Positions 46,166 through 56,386 of a stretch of 64,000 nucleotides of DNA are shown piece after piece. Origin of the DNA: Pseudomonadota bacterium (GTDB lineage: Bacteria; Pseudomonadota; Gammaproteobacteria; Acidiferrobacterales; UBA6901); the NCBI GenBank assembly GCA_021819085.1, contig JAKASJ010000003.1, positions 35,272-99,271 on the forward strand, in the 5' to 3' direction. The notes under the pieces are model-generated. The model saw nothing but the letters and a program-made list of their open reading frames with translations, was not told the origin of the DNA and searched no databases. Position numbers and translations under genes: made by a program. Position 1 is the stretch's first letter. The number at the start of each line of letters is the position of its first letter.

Positions 46166-47278
46166 ATGATCTTCAGCGACCTCCTGAAACTCATGGTCCA
46201 CAAGAAGGCATCGGACCTGTTCATAACCGCTGGCGTCCCCCCGTCGCTGAAGATCGACGGAAAAGTCACCCCTGTTACGAAACAGGCATTGACTCCGGAG
46301 CAGGCGCGCGCCTTCACCTATGGGGTCATGACCGAAGAGCAGCGTCGCCAGTTCGAGTCGACCAGCGAATGTAACTTTTCGATCAACCCGAAGGAAATCG
46401 GACGCTTTCGCGTCAACGTGTTCTTGCAGCAGAGTTGCGTCGGCATGGTGCTGCGGACCATCGAGAGTAAGATACCCCGCTTCGACGAGCTAAACCTGCC
46501 AAAGGTGCTCGCCGACATCGCACTCACCAAGCGTGGGCTGGTGATCTTCGTGGGTGCGACAGGGTCCGGAAAAACCACGTCGCTCGCGGCCATGATCGGC
46601 TATCGCAATGAATACAGCTACGGCCACATCATAACCATTGAGGATCCGATCGAGTTCGTGCATGAGCCCCGCAATTGCATCATTACGCAGCGCGAGGTGG
46701 GTGTAGATACCGAATCGTTCGACGCGGCACTCAAGAACACCCTGCGTCAGGCGCCCGACGTGATACTGATCGGTGAGATCCGCTCGCGCGAGACCATGGA
46801 CTACGCCATAGTTTTTGCCGAGACCGGACACCTTTGCCTGGCGACGCTGCATGCCAACAGCGCGAACCAGGCGCTCGATCGTATCATCAACTTCTTCCCC
46901 GAAGACCGGCGTAACCAGCTTCTGATGGACCTGTCGCTAAATCTCAAGGCGGTAGTCTCGCAGCGACTCATCCCCATGAAGGTGGGGAAAGGACGCGTTC
47001 CGGCAGTTGAGGTCATGATCAATTCGCCACTTATTTCGGACCTGATGCTGAAGGGCGAGATCCATGGCATCAAGGAGCTTATGGCGCGGTCGACCGAAAC
47101 CGGGATGCAGACTTTCGATCAGTCGCTGTTTAATCTTTACGAAAGCGGTCTTATCACCTATGACGACGCCCTCCGCAACGCCGACTCGGTCAACGATCTG
47201 CGGCTGCGCATAAAGCTCGAGGGCAAGGACGCCAAGGGTCAGGAGTTGGGCGACTCCATGCGCAATGTGACCTACTGA
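46166..47278 (+). CDS. pilU: PilT-paralog ATPase PilU
   Basis: 370 aa with ASDLFITAGVPPSLKIDG and Walker A GATGSGKTTS. Starts immediately after the pilT stop. Confidence 0.93.
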   Translation: MIFSDLLKLMVHKKASDLFITAGVPPSLKIDGKVTPVTKQALTPEQARAFTYGVMTEEQRRQFESTSECNFSINPKEIGRFRVNVFLQQSCVGMVLRTIESKIPRFDELNLPKVLADIALTKRGLVIFVGATGSGKTTSLAAMIGYRNEYSYGHIITIEDPIEFVHEPRNCIITQREVGVDTESFDAALKNTLRQAPDVILIGEIRSRETMDYAIVFAETGHLCLATLHANSANQALDRIINFFPEDRRNQLLMDLSLNLKAVVSQRLIPMKVGKGRVPAVEVMINSPLISDLMLKGEIHGIKELMARSTETGMQTFDQSLFNLYESGLITYDDALRNADSVNDLRLRIKLEGKDAKGQELGDSMRNVTY

Positions 47279-47469
47279 ACGCCGGGGACGCGGCACGTGT
47301 GCGTCAGCGCGCCGGAGTGGTTGCCGGCCTGTTTCTGGGGTGGCAGAGGGGTTGTTGGGGAAGCCATCCGGCACGGCACCGCTGGCTGCGGACGGTAGCC
47401 GCTGACAGATCAGGGCGCTAAAACCGGAACCTGCCCTTCCGGATCAGATTGCGGTACCGGAACCGGCCG

Positions 47470-48750
47470 TCATCGGCCTTCAAAAACGAGCCTGCCGCCG
47501 ACCATGGTATGGGTCACCGCGCCGCGGAAATCCCAGCCCAGAAAGGGGCTGTTGTGCCCGCGGCTCGTGAACCGGTCGAGCGACTGGACCCATCTGGCCT
47601 CCGGGTCCAGAATGCACAGGTCCGCCGTGGCACCAATTCCGAGATGGCCCGAGTCAATGCCCAGAATCTGGGCAGGTTTGCTTGTGAGCAGGGCAATCGC
47701 CTCGACAAGATTCAGCAGTCCCTGATCCACCAGCCTGAGGGTGAGCGGCAGCAGCGTCTCCAGGCCGGAAATGCCGGGTTCCGACTCGGCAAAAGGTGCC
47801 AGCTTGGCATCCGGCTCATGCGGCTGATGATCCGAGCAGATAGCCGATATGGTTCCGTTCTTCAATGCCTGCCTCAGCCCGTCCCGGTCACGGCTTGCGC
47901 GCAGCGGCGGAAGCACATGGCACTGTGTATTGAAGAATCCGATGTCATGTTCCGTCAGATGGAGGTGGTGGGCGGTTACGTCAGCGCTGACTGCCAAACC
48001 CTGTTCCTGGGCCGCCGCGACCATCGTAACCGCACGGGCGCTGGACAGCTGGCAGAAGTGGGCACGCACTCCGGTCTGTTCGACCAGAGCCAGGTCGCGT
48101 GCCACCCCAGCAGTTTCTGCCGCCTCGGGTATCCCGGGCAGGCCCAGACGCGTGCTCACCTCTCCTTCATGCATGCAACCGCCGTTGCGCAACCACGGAT
48201 CCTCCGGATGGAGGAACACCGTCAGGTCGAAGCTGGCGGCATACTCCATGGCACGTCGCATGACGAGGGTATCCGTGACCGGCTCGAGTGCGTTGCTGAA
48301 GCCGACGCATCCGGCTTCATCGAGCGCCGCCATGTCCGTGAGAAGCCTGCCCTGCAACCCCTGCGTGAGGGCGCCGAGCGGATGCACGAATGCAAGGCCG
48401 AAACGCCAGGCACGCTGCTGGATCATCTGGGCCATGGCCGGAGTATCGATTACCGGATAGGTATCGGGTGGGCAGCACAGGGTAGTGATGCCGGCGCACA
48501 CCGCAGCGCGTGTCTCGCTTTCCATCGTAGCCTTGTACTCAAGGCCCGGCTCCCGCAGGCGTGCGCGCAAATCGATGAGGCCCGGAAATACCAGCTTGCC
48601 GCTGGCGTCCAGGGTTTGCTCGGCCCGGAATCCGGCGGGCGCGGTACCAATGCCTATGATAAAGCCCTTTTCGTCGATAAAAAGATCATGCTGCCCATCG
48701 ACGTTGTTGGCAGGGTCGATGACATGCCCGCCTGTGATTGCGATTTTCAT
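47470..48750 (-). CDS. Dihydroorotase-like, non-catalytic ATCase subunit (PyrC')
   Basis: 426 aa. The metal-binding DxHxH is replaced by [13 protein letters not shown] (Arg at both His positions). ATGA overlap with pyrB. Confidence 0.85.
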   Translation of the reverse strand: MKIAITGGHVIDPANNVDGQHDLFIDEKGFIIGIGTAPAGFRAEQTLDASGKLVFPGLIDLRARLREPGLEYKATMESETRAAVCAGITTLCCPPDTYPVIDTPAMAQMIQQRAWRFGLAFVHPLGALTQGLQGRLLTDMAALDEAGCVGFSNALEPVTDTLVMRRAMEYAASFDLTVFLHPEDPWLRNGGCMHEGEVSTRLGLPGIPEAAETAGVARDLALVEQTGVRAHFCQLSSARAVTMVAAAQEQGLAVSADVTAHHLHLTEHDIGFFNTQCHVLPPLRASRDRDGLRQALKNGTISAICSDHQPHEPDAKLAPFAESEPGISGLETLLPLTLRLVDQGLLNLVEAIALLTSKPAQILGIDSGHLGIGATADLCILDPEARWVQSLDRFTSRGHNSPFLGWDFRGAVTHTMVGGRLVFEGR

Positions 48751-49742
48751 TCCGCGCGCCTCGCTTCCGAGGGTGCTGGTCCGGCCGCGGACCCTCCCAT
48801 GATGATGGCCATGATTGCCATGCGCACTGCGATGCCGTTCGTTACCTGGGGAAGAATGACCGATTGAGGGCCGTCTGCGACGGCGGAGTCAATCTCCAGT
48901 CCCCGGTTCATCGGTCCCGGATGCATGACGATTGCATCCGGTTTGGCATATGCAAGTTTTTCCTCTGTGAGGCCGAACAGGTTGAAATATTCCTGCTCGC
49001 TCGGGATCAGGGCGCCATTCATCCGTTCGCGCTGAAGCCGGAGCATGATGATGACGTCAGCGCCATCCAGGCCGGTCTTCATGTCAGTGAACACCCGCAC
49101 GCCCAGTCTTTCGATCGCGGTCGGCAACAGCGTCATGGGAGCCACCACCCGCACTTCCGCGGCGCCAAGCGTGGTGAGGGCGTGAATCTGGGAACGCGCC
49201 ACACGCGAGTGCAGGATGTCGCCCACGATCGCAACCCGCAGGTTTTCAAATGGCCCCTTGTAGCGCCGGATGGTAAACATGTCGAGCAGGCCCTGGGTCG
49301 GATGGGCATGGCGACCATCTCCGGCGTTGATGATGTGCACGTGCGCGGGAACGTGTTGGGCAATCAGGTGTGCGGCCCCAGATTCCCGGTGCCGCACCAC
49401 GAAAAGATCAGTATGCATCGCCTCCAGATTGCGCACCGTATCGAGCAGGGTTTCCCCTTTGGTGGCGGACGAGGCAGCAGGATTGAGGTTGATTACGTCA
49501 GCCGACAGGCGCTTGCCGGCTATTTCGAAGGTCGTGCGTGTTCGCGTACTGGACTCGAAGAAAAGATTTACCACGGTCTTGCCGCGCAGCAGCGGCAGCT
49601 TCTTGATCTCACGCTCGCCAACCGAGATGAACGATTCGGCGGTATTGAGTATCTCGAGTATTGTCTGTCGCGGCAGTCCTTCAATAGTAAGCAGATGGCG
49701 CAGGCGGCCCTGGCCGTCGAATTGCAGGTCACAGCGCGTCAA
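48747..49742 (-). CDS. pyrB: Aspartate carbamoyltransferase catalytic chain
   Basis: Motifs [13 protein letters not shown] and [11 protein letters not shown] start in a TTGA overlap with the pyrR stop. Confidence 0.95.
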   Translation of the reverse strand: MTRCDLQFDGQGRLRHLLTIEGLPRQTILEILNTAESFISVGEREIKKLPLLRGKTVVNLFFESSTRTRTTFEIAGKRLSADVINLNPAASSATKGETLLDTVRNLEAMHTDLFVVRHRESGAAHLIAQHVPAHVHIINAGDGRHAHPTQGLLDMFTIRRYKGPFENLRVAIVGDILHSRVARSQIHALTTLGAAEVRVVAPMTLLPTAIERLGVRVFTDMKTGLDGADVIIMLRLQRERMNGALIPSEQEYFNLFGLTEEKLAYAKPDAIVMHPGPMNRGLEIDSAVADGPQSVILPQVTNGIAVRMAIMAIIMGGSAAGPAPSEARRAE

Positions 49743-50245
49743 TCGGCCACCTGCTGAAGCGTAAGCGCCAGGGGATCGGGACCGACGAGCTTGATATGTT
49801 CGCCCTTTTCGAGCTTAAGCGTGTGTCCAATTACCTGGGCCGCGATCGGCAGCTCGCGTCCGTCGCGGCATATCAGCACCGCCAGGCTCACCGACGCAGG
49901 GCGACCATAGTCGAAAATTTCGTTCAATGCCGCGCGTACAGTCCGCCCGGTGTGTAAAACATCGTCCACCAGTATTACGTGGCGGTCCTCCAGATTTACC
50001 GGCAAATTCGAGGTTTTGACCTGTGGATTGACGCCCACCCGCGTGAAGTCATCCCGATAGAAGGAAATGTCCAGGGTTCCGAGCATCTCGGTCAGCTCCA
50101 GGGCCCGGTGCAGACGGGTCGCAACCCAGACGCCGCCGGTATGGACTCCGATCATGATGGGATTGAGCGCAAGCAGAGGCTTCAGCTCATCCACCATGTA
50201 CGCCAGCGTAGCCTCGATATCAATCGTTTGAAGCATGTCTTGCAT
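49739..50245 (-). CDS. pyrR: PyrR bifunctional regulator / uracil phosphoribosyltransferase
   Basis: Motifs [31 protein letters not shown]. Start is uncertain (ATG 50257, 50245 or 50236) and overlaps the ruvX 3' end. Confidence 0.85.
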   Translation of the reverse strand: MQDMLQTIDIEATLAYMVDELKPLLALNPIMIGVHTGGVWVATRLHRALELTEMLGTLDISFYRDDFTRVGVNPQVKTSNLPVNLEDRHVILVDDVLHTGRTVRAALNEIFDYGRPASVSLAVLICRDGRELPIAAQVIGHTLKLEKGEHIKLVGPDPLALTLQQVAD

Positions 50246-50663
50246 CTCTCTGTTCATCGAGAAACGCCTGCAGAATCGTCTGTGCCGCCAGTCTGTCAAG
50301 CTTCGATTTGTGTCGCTTCGCGGGCACACCAGCTTCCACAAGGGTGTTTTTTGCCGCCACCGAGGTGAGCCGTTCGTCGACCAAATGCACCGGCAGATTG
50401 TATCGGGCCCGCAACCGATTACCAAACTTCTTCGCAGCGCGCGTCATGTCGTTCTCGCTGTCGTCCATGTTCAGCGGCAGCCCAACCACCAGGGCACATG
50501 GCCGCCACTCGTCGATCAAGCGCGTAATGTGGTCCCAGTCCGGCAATTCGTTGCGCGCAGTAACGGTATCCAGGGCCTGGGCGAGGCGCGATGCAGACCG
50601 GCCGACCGCCACGCCAATATGTTTCTTGCCGAAATCGAAGCCGAGGTAGGTGTCGACCCTCAA
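50220..50663 (-). CDS. ruvX: Putative pre-16S rRNA nuclease / Holliday-junction resolvase-like YqgF
   Basis: 147 aa with YLGFDFGKKHIGVAVG and VVGLPLNMD. TTGA overlap with the yqgE stop. Confidence 0.9.
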   Translation of the reverse strand: MRVDTYLGFDFGKKHIGVAVGRSASRLAQALDTVTARNELPDWDHITRLIDEWRPCALVVGLPLNMDDSENDMTRAAKKFGNRLRARYNLPVHLVDERLTSVAAKNTLVEAGVPAKRHKSKLDRLAAQTILQAFLDEQRDARHASND

Positions 50664-51214
50664 GCGTGTCCCGCTTCTTCGGACAGGGCCGCAAGGTCTA
50701 TGCCCAGCAGGTTTGCTGCAGCGCCCCAGCGCTGTTCTGCGGGCATTTCGAAAAGAATCGACCGGTCGGCAGGTCCGCTGAGCCAGGCATTTTCCGCGAT
50801 TTCGCGCTCCAGCTGGCCTGGTGCCCAGCCGGCGTAGCCGAGGGCGAGAAATGAACGTTGCGGCCCGCGGTTCTGGGCAATGGCCACGAGTATGTCGCGC
50901 GAAGTTGACACCCCCAGCGTGTCGGACACGGGAAGGGTGGATTCCCAGTTTCCGAGTGGCTCGTGGACGACGAAACCACGACTGCCCTGCACAGGCCCGC
51001 CTAGATGTACGGGAAGATCCAGCGAAGCCACCTCGGTGCCCTCGATGTCCAGCTGCTGGAGGATCTCGCGCAGCCGCAGATCGGTGGGACGGTTAATGAT
51101 CAGGCCCATGGCCCCTTCACTGGAATGTTCACAGATTAACGTAACCGTGCGCGAGAAATTCGGATCCGCGAGGTTCGGCATCGCGATCAGGAAATGATTT
51201 GTCAAGCAGGCCAT
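50660..51214 (-). CDS. YqgE/AlgH-family protein
   Basis: Contains LTNHFLIAMPNLADPNFSRTVTLICEHSSEGAMGLIINRP. Start is ATG 51214, with alternatives at 51223 and 51229. Confidence 0.85.
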   Translation of the reverse strand: MACLTNHFLIAMPNLADPNFSRTVTLICEHSSEGAMGLIINRPTDLRLREILQQLDIEGTEVASLDLPVHLGGPVQGSRGFVVHEPLGNWESTLPVSDTLGVSTSRDILVAIAQNRGPQRSFLALGYAGWAPGQLEREIAENAWLSGPADRSILFEMPAEQRWGAAANLLGIDLAALSEEAGHA

Positions 51215-51277
51215 TTCGCCCATGGGCATAGTATCGGGCAGGGTGCGGCACCGGCGCAAGTCGCACGCGGGACGGGA

Positions 51278-52261
51278 TTAGGGTCTGGCGCTTGTTACGG
51301 TTGCGTCGGAAAACTTCCAGGTGCGGATAATATGCAAAATATCGGTGTCGGCCCGGATATTGGGCGGCAGCGGGGCGAATGGCGCTGCCAGGCCGACGAT
51401 CCGGATCGCGGCATCATCCAGCACCTTGTGTCCCGAACTGCGCAGCACTCTGACCCGGTAAACGCTGCCGTTGGCCCGGATTGCAACGTCCAGCACCAGG
51501 TCTCCCGAAATATGGCGATGTAGCGCCTGCGCCGGGTAGTTCAGATTGCCGACGCGCTCGACCTTTGCGACCCACGCATCCATATAGGCCGCATATTTGT
51601 ATTTTAGTGTGCGTGCATCGATGTACTTCTGGCGCGGAAGTTTTTCGTATTGCTGCCAGGAACGGCTGATTTCCGCGCTCAGGTGGGCACGTTCGCGTTC
51701 GAGCTTCGCGAGCTGTGAAAGGCCTGGGGAAGCATGACTGGTCCGTCTTTGCCGCCGTGACGGTCGCGGTCGTGGGCTGGTTAAGGCAAACCCGGCTGCG
51801 TCATCGGTTAGGAGCGCGGCGAGCCTGCTCACGCTTCGCACCGGGGTTTGGGCGCTGGCGTGGGCGACCGGAATGCGGTTGTTCCTGTCGCTCAGCTCCA
51901 TAGCGGGCAGCGGTGTGTGGGCGATGTCCGGCCGCCTGCTATTGCCGCCGCCGTCCTGGTTTGCCTGCGCCAGAAAATCGGGGTGGTCAGGCGCATGATC
52001 GCTGCGGGTCTGGACCAAGGTGATTTCAAGGGTGTCGAGACCCGGCATACGGACCTTTGCCGCAGAGAAGGTAATGCCAAGAATGACAACCATGTGCACC
52101 AGAATCGATACGAAAATGGCGAGTCCGAAGCGGTCGGAGTCGGAAAAGCCGGAGGCAGCCTGCACTGCGTCATCGAAGGGGTCGCCGGCAACCGGATCCG
52201 GAACACGTGCGGAGGCCACTGATTCCATTTCAGCCGCAGCGCGCATGGTGCGAGACAGCAT
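51278..52261 (-). CDS. TonB-family energy transducer (TonB C-terminal domain protein)
   Basis: One N-terminal TM helix (FGLAIFVSILVHMVVILGITF). TonB_C-like end: YPAQALHRHISGDLVLDVAIRANGSVYRVRVLRSSGHKVLDDAAIRIV. Start is uncertain (52261, 52246 or 52228). Confidence 0.7.
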   Translation of the reverse strand: MLSRTMRAAAEMESVASARVPDPVAGDPFDDAVQAASGFSDSDRFGLAIFVSILVHMVVILGITFSAAKVRMPGLDTLEITLVQTRSDHAPDHPDFLAQANQDGGGNSRRPDIAHTPLPAMELSDRNNRIPVAHASAQTPVRSVSRLAALLTDDAAGFALTSPRPRPSRRQRRTSHASPGLSQLAKLERERAHLSAEISRSWQQYEKLPRQKYIDARTLKYKYAAYMDAWVAKVERVGNLNYPAQALHRHISGDLVLDVAIRANGSVYRVRVLRSSGHKVLDDAAIRIVGLAAPFAPLPPNIRADTDILHIIRTWKFSDATVTSARP

Positions 52262-53177
52262 CTAGCAGTTGCGCGCTGATATTCAGCCCGTAGATGGCGT
52301 CCAGCTCGCGTATGCACGTGGGGCTGGTAACGTTGATCTCGGTCAGGTAATTCCCGATAACGTCCAGTCCGGCGAACAGGATTCCCTTTGCGCTAAGCAC
52401 GGGTCCTACCTGTTCGCAGATCCAGCGATCACGTCCGCTCAACGCGCGCCCCTCCGGGCGCGCGCCTGCGGCGAGATTCCCGCGGCTCTCGCCCTCGAGC
52501 GGTATCCGGGCAAGCGCATAGGGGACGGGCTCGCCGTTGATCATCAGTATGCGTTTGTCTCCCTCGCGGATTTCTGGAATGTAGCGCTGTGCCATCGTCA
52601 TGCGCGATCCCAGCGCGGTGAGGGTTTCGATGACCACGCTGACATTGGGATCGTCGCAGCGCAGGCGGAATACGGATGCTCCGCCCATCTGGTCGAGGGG
52701 TTTCAGCACGATATCTTCCTGCTCACGCAGGAAGGCTCGCAGATCCACCGCATTGCGTGTTACTAGGGTCGGCGGCGTGCACTGTGGAAACCATGCCGTG
52801 AACAGCTTCTCGTTGGCGTCACGCAGGCTCTGCGGTTTGTTTACCACCAGCACCCCGTGCGATTCAGCCAGCTCGAGCAGGTACGTGCTGTAGATATATT
52901 CCATGTTGAACGGCGGATCCTTGCGCATCAGGATGACGTCGAACTCATCCAGCGGCCGTATCTGCTTCGCGTCGCATTGGTACCACGGAGTGTGGTCACG
53001 GTGCAGCACGATGCGCCGGCTGTGTCCCAGCGCGCGGCCGTCGCGCAGAAAGAGGTCGGCCTGTTCGAGGTATGCGATCTCCCAGCCGCGAGCCTGCGCT
53101 TCGAGCATCATGGCGTAGGTGCTGTCTTTCTTGATGTTGATGGATTCAACCGCGTCCATCACGATTCCCAGTCTCAT
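52230..53177 (-). CDS. gshB: Glutathione synthetase
   Basis: 315 aa with MRLGIVMDAVESINIKKDSTYAMMLEAQARGWE and an ATP-grasp C-terminal half. Confidence 0.95.
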   Translation of the reverse strand: MRLGIVMDAVESINIKKDSTYAMMLEAQARGWEIAYLEQADLFLRDGRALGHSRRIVLHRDHTPWYQCDAKQIRPLDEFDVILMRKDPPFNMEYIYSTYLLELAESHGVLVVNKPQSLRDANEKLFTAWFPQCTPPTLVTRNAVDLRAFLREQEDIVLKPLDQMGGASVFRLRCDDPNVSVVIETLTALGSRMTMAQRYIPEIREGDKRILMINGEPVPYALARIPLEGESRGNLAAGARPEGRALSGRDRWICEQVGPVLSAKGILFAGLDVIGNYLTEINVTSPTCIRELDAIYGLNISAQLLDAVSHHARCG

Positions 53178-53224
53178 GCTTGAACTCCGTGCGCGTTACA
53201 TGTCAGCGTGGGAATGGTGCGCGA

Positions 53225-54529
53225 TCAGCCGCCAAGCGACACCTCGTGCAGTTCGCGCGCGGCGGCGAGAAGCGCCAGGCGCGCGATGACGCCATAGGCA
53301 TAAAACCGGTTTGGCTGCGCATCCGGCGCACGGCTATGATCGGGATGGGTGCACGAGTCCTCGAATGCGAGCGCCTCAAAGCTCATTCCGGGCATATTCA
53401 GGTTTTCATCGCGCCCGCGGCCGGGATGCACCCGGTAGAAACCGCCGACGACGTAACGGTCGATCATGTAGACCACAGGTTCGGCGGTTGCCTGCCTCTC
53501 GCCCCAGGTTTCGAAGGTGTAGACGCCCTCTTGGACAATGACATCATTGACCAGATGGCCTTCCTTGCCGCGCGCCATTTTAGTGCGCTGTTTGCGGTTG
53601 AGTTCGCGCAACTGGTCGATGCTGTGCACCGTCATGATGTTCATTCCATAGGTACCGGCGTCGGCCTTCACGATGACGAACGGTTGCTGGTCGATTCCAT
53701 ATTCGTGGTATTTCTGGGTGACCTGCTCAAGCACCGCGGCTACGTTGGTCACCAGACACTCTTCTCCCAGGCGCTGCTGGAAGTCGATCTGCCCGCAATT
53801 CCGGAATATCGGGTCAACCAGCCAAGGGTCAATGGCGACAAGCCGGGCAAATTCCCCGGCCACGCGCCGGTAATGGGTGAAATGGCTTGATTTCAGGCGG
53901 TTGGACCACCCCAGTGCGAGCGGCGGAACCACAGCCTGATCCAGGTTCTCCAGGATCGCTGGCCGCCCACCGGACATATCGTTGTTGAGCAGGACGAAGC
54001 AGGGGCTAAAGTCGCCGACGCGCAGTTGATTGTCTTCGCGCACCAGCGGTTCAAGAACAACGCTGCTTCCGGAGGGGAGCGTTATTGGCAGCGGTTCCTT
54101 TAGATCAGCAATTAGGGAACCAACGCGTACCTGGATTCCGGCCATTTCCAGGATTTTCTTCAAGGCGGCGAGGCTCTCGAGATAGAACAGGTTGCGGGTG
54201 TGGCTCTCGGGCACGAGCAAAATGCGGCGGGCCTTGGGGCAATAGTGTTCCATTGCGGATTGTGTCGCCTGGACACAAAGGGGCAAAAATGCGGGATTCA
54301 GGTTGTTGAATCCCGCCGGAAACAGATTGGTGTCGACCGGGGCGAGCTTGAAGCCTGCATTGCGCAGGTCGACCGAGGCATAAAACGGGGCCTTCGTTTC
54401 CTGCCATTGCCCGCGCAGCCACTGCTCGATGTCGCCCTGATGGCTGAGCAGGTGTTCCTCCAGCTGCTGAAGCGGACCAGTCAGGGCGGTGGTCAGATGG
54501 GGCACGGCATGCAGGTGTTCAATGGCCAT
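53225..54529 (-). CDS. gshA: Glutamate--cysteine ligase (proteobacterial non-E. coli type)
   Basis: Starts at ATG 54529 (MAIEHLH...FYASVDLRNAGFKLAPVDTNLFPAGFNN...). Adjacent to gshB. The 49-codon upstream ORF extension is rejected. Confidence 0.8.
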   Translation of the reverse strand: MAIEHLHAVPHLTTALTGPLQQLEEHLLSHQGDIEQWLRGQWQETKAPFYASVDLRNAGFKLAPVDTNLFPAGFNNLNPAFLPLCVQATQSAMEHYCPKARRILLVPESHTRNLFYLESLAALKKILEMAGIQVRVGSLIADLKEPLPITLPSGSSVVLEPLVREDNQLRVGDFSPCFVLLNNDMSGGRPAILENLDQAVVPPLALGWSNRLKSSHFTHYRRVAGEFARLVAIDPWLVDPIFRNCGQIDFQQRLGEECLVTNVAAVLEQVTQKYHEYGIDQQPFVIVKADAGTYGMNIMTVHSIDQLRELNRKQRTKMARGKEGHLVNDVIVQEGVYTFETWGERQATAEPVVYMIDRYVVGGFYRVHPGRGRDENLNMPGMSFEALAFEDSCTHPDHSRAPDAQPNRFYAYGVIARLALLAAARELHEVSLGG

Positions 54530-54702
54530 GATGGTCAGTTCCCGGTTGATTCTGGCCGATGGTAGCGCATCTGGTGCGGCGGTAAAAACAAACCCTGCAG
54601 GACACCCTTTTTGGCATGTTTCATGCTTCAATTTTCTTGCAGCACCGGCCGGGGTGGCTCGTAGCCCAACCCGCATGCAACGGGCCCCGGCATCTTAATG
54701 AC

Positions 54703-54717
54703 ATGGACTCCCCCTGC
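54703..54717. repeat. Left inverted repeat of the IS
   Basis: ATGGACTCCCCCTGC is the exact reverse complement of 56089-56103. Confidence 0.8.
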
Positions 54718-54772
54718 CCTTACGGCATCGGATGTGCCAGATTGAAGACTGTGTAGTTCGTTCAATCACAGA

Positions 54773-54784
54773 GCAGGGGGAGTC
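54773..54784. repeat. Internal third copy of the IS repeat core, overlapping the transposase RBS
   Basis: GCAGGGGGAGTC is complementary to 54706-54717 and ends 3 nt before ATG 54788. The GGAG within it is the only SD candidate. Confidence 0.7.
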
Positions 54785-54787
54785 GCC

Positions 54788-55822
54788 ATGAAGATTACAC
54801 GAGTCGGACTGGATATTGCCAAGCAGATTTTTGAGGTGCACGGCGTGAACGAGCACGGGGTCGCCAGGCTGCATAAGACCTTGCCGCGAGCGAAGGTGCT
54901 GGAGTACTTCGCGCAGCTGCCGCCGTGTCTCGTTGGCATGGAGGCCTGCGGCGGGGCGCATTACTGGGCCCGCGAGCTGGCTGCACTCGGGCACACCGTG
55001 CGGCTCATGGCGGCCCAGTTTGTGATCCCGTACCGCAAGCGCGGCAAGAACGACGCGAACGACGCGGAAGCCATCTGCGAGGCCGTGGGCAGGCCGAACA
55101 TGCACTTCGTGGCCGCAAAGAGCCCTGAGCAGCAGGCCATGCTCATGGTCCACCGGGCCCGGACGCTCGTCGTGGCCAACCGCACCGCCCAGGTGAACCA
55201 GATCCGCGGGCTCTTGAGCGAATTCGGCCTGGTCGTGCCTACGGGGGTGGCGAGCCTGCGGCGGCAGTTGCCGCGGATTCTCGAGGACGCCGAAAACGGC
55301 CTGCCGGATCTGGCGCGCGAGGTCCTCTCCGGCCTCCGGGAACAGCTTCGCGAGCTCGATCGGCATGTGGCGCGCTACGATCTGAAGATCCGCACACTGG
55401 CGCAGGAGAGCGAGCCAGCGCGCCGGCTCATGCAGATCGCGGCGATCGGGCCGCAGACCGCCACGGCGATCGTGGCGAGCATGGGGGATCCGGGCGTCTT
55501 CCAGAGCGGACGCAATTATGCCGCCTCTCTGGGTCTCACTCCACGGCAGCATTCAAGCGGCGGCAAGGCGCGGCTGGGCGCGATCACCAAACAGGGCGAT
55601 CGGTATGTGCGCACGCTGCTCGTGCACGGGGCGCGCGCCTACCTGCGGGTCGTCGACAAGAAGACCGACGCCAAGAGCGCCTGGGTGCGGCGCCTGAAGG
55701 AGCGGCGACACGTGAATGTCGCCGCCGTGGCGCTGGCGGCAAAGCATGCCCGCATTGCCTGGGCACTCTTGGCCAAGGGCAGGGAGTATCGGCCGGTGCA
55801 ACCCGAGGATAGGGCGGCCTGA
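54788..55822 (+). CDS. IS110-family transposase
   Basis: 344 aa with MKITRVGLDIAKQIFEVHGV, VGMEACGGAHYWAREL, GKNDANDAEAICEA and a C-terminal Transposase_20-like part (AAIGPQTATAIVASMGD..FQSGRNYAASLGLTPRQHSSGGK). Confidence 0.93.
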   Translation: MKITRVGLDIAKQIFEVHGVNEHGVARLHKTLPRAKVLEYFAQLPPCLVGMEACGGAHYWARELAALGHTVRLMAAQFVIPYRKRGKNDANDAEAICEAVGRPNMHFVAAKSPEQQAMLMVHRARTLVVANRTAQVNQIRGLLSEFGLVVPTGVASLRRQLPRILEDAENGLPDLAREVLSGLREQLRELDRHVARYDLKIRTLAQESEPARRLMQIAAIGPQTATAIVASMGDPGVFQSGRNYAASLGLTPRQHSSGGKARLGAITKQGDRYVRTLLVHGARAYLRVVDKKTDAKSAWVRRLKERRHVNVAAVALAAKHARIAWALLAKGREYRPVQPEDRAA

Positions 55823-56088
55823 CGCAGGCCGAGGTCCGCGGGAAATCGTTCACAGGCCGTAGCAGAGAGGAGGTACTTACCACCAGGATTGCGAGAGCGA
55901 GGACGTTGATGGAAACAGGTCAGACCAGCGCAGGAAGAGCCTGATAAACTGAACGGTGGCCAACACCGGCAACTTAGTGAGGCTCCTGCGAGCGAATGTC
56001 ATCAGGGCCCGCACCGACGGGTGCATCAGAGGCCGGATATATTTGAGCAGTCCAACCCTGATTCCAAAGACCGAGACGATCTTGCAAT

Positions 56089-56103
56089 GCAGGGGGAGTC
56101 CAT
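56089..56103. repeat. Right inverted repeat of the IS
   Basis: GCAGGGGGAGTCCAT. Confidence 0.8.
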
Positions 56104-56386
56104 ATATCAGTTAAGCCGCAAGGCGCATGCTGAGCCCGCTGCGGCAGACTCTGTATAGCATCCCGGGGCTTATTGGGGCGGCCGGGGGCCATAGGATCCC
56201 GGAAGACTCCGGCCGGGACGTTATCGTGCCTTATGCGCGATGGATTTTGACAATCTTTTGTGCTACTAAATCATTATCCTACAAAAAAAACCAGAGAAAA
56301 CACCTTTAAAAACGGGCAGGAGCGGCAGCTGCCATCTAGAATACGAAGTTGATACGCACAGATAAAGGTCAGGGCGGAGTAGGATC

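Larger units (their letters stand above)
54703..56103 (+). mobile_element. IS110-family (IS1111-like) insertion sequence, about 1.4 kb
   Basis: A single DEDD-type transposase gene is bracketed by 15-bp inverted repeats, ATGGACTCCCCCTGC (54703-54717) and GCAGGGGGAGTCCAT (56089-56103). No obvious target-site duplication, as is usual for IS110. Confidence 0.8.

Noticed and set aside
47449-48867. 472-aa + strand ORF opposite pyrC'
   Set aside because: It is an antisense shadow, while the minus-strand frame has clear DHOase-family similarity and ATGA coupling to pyrB.
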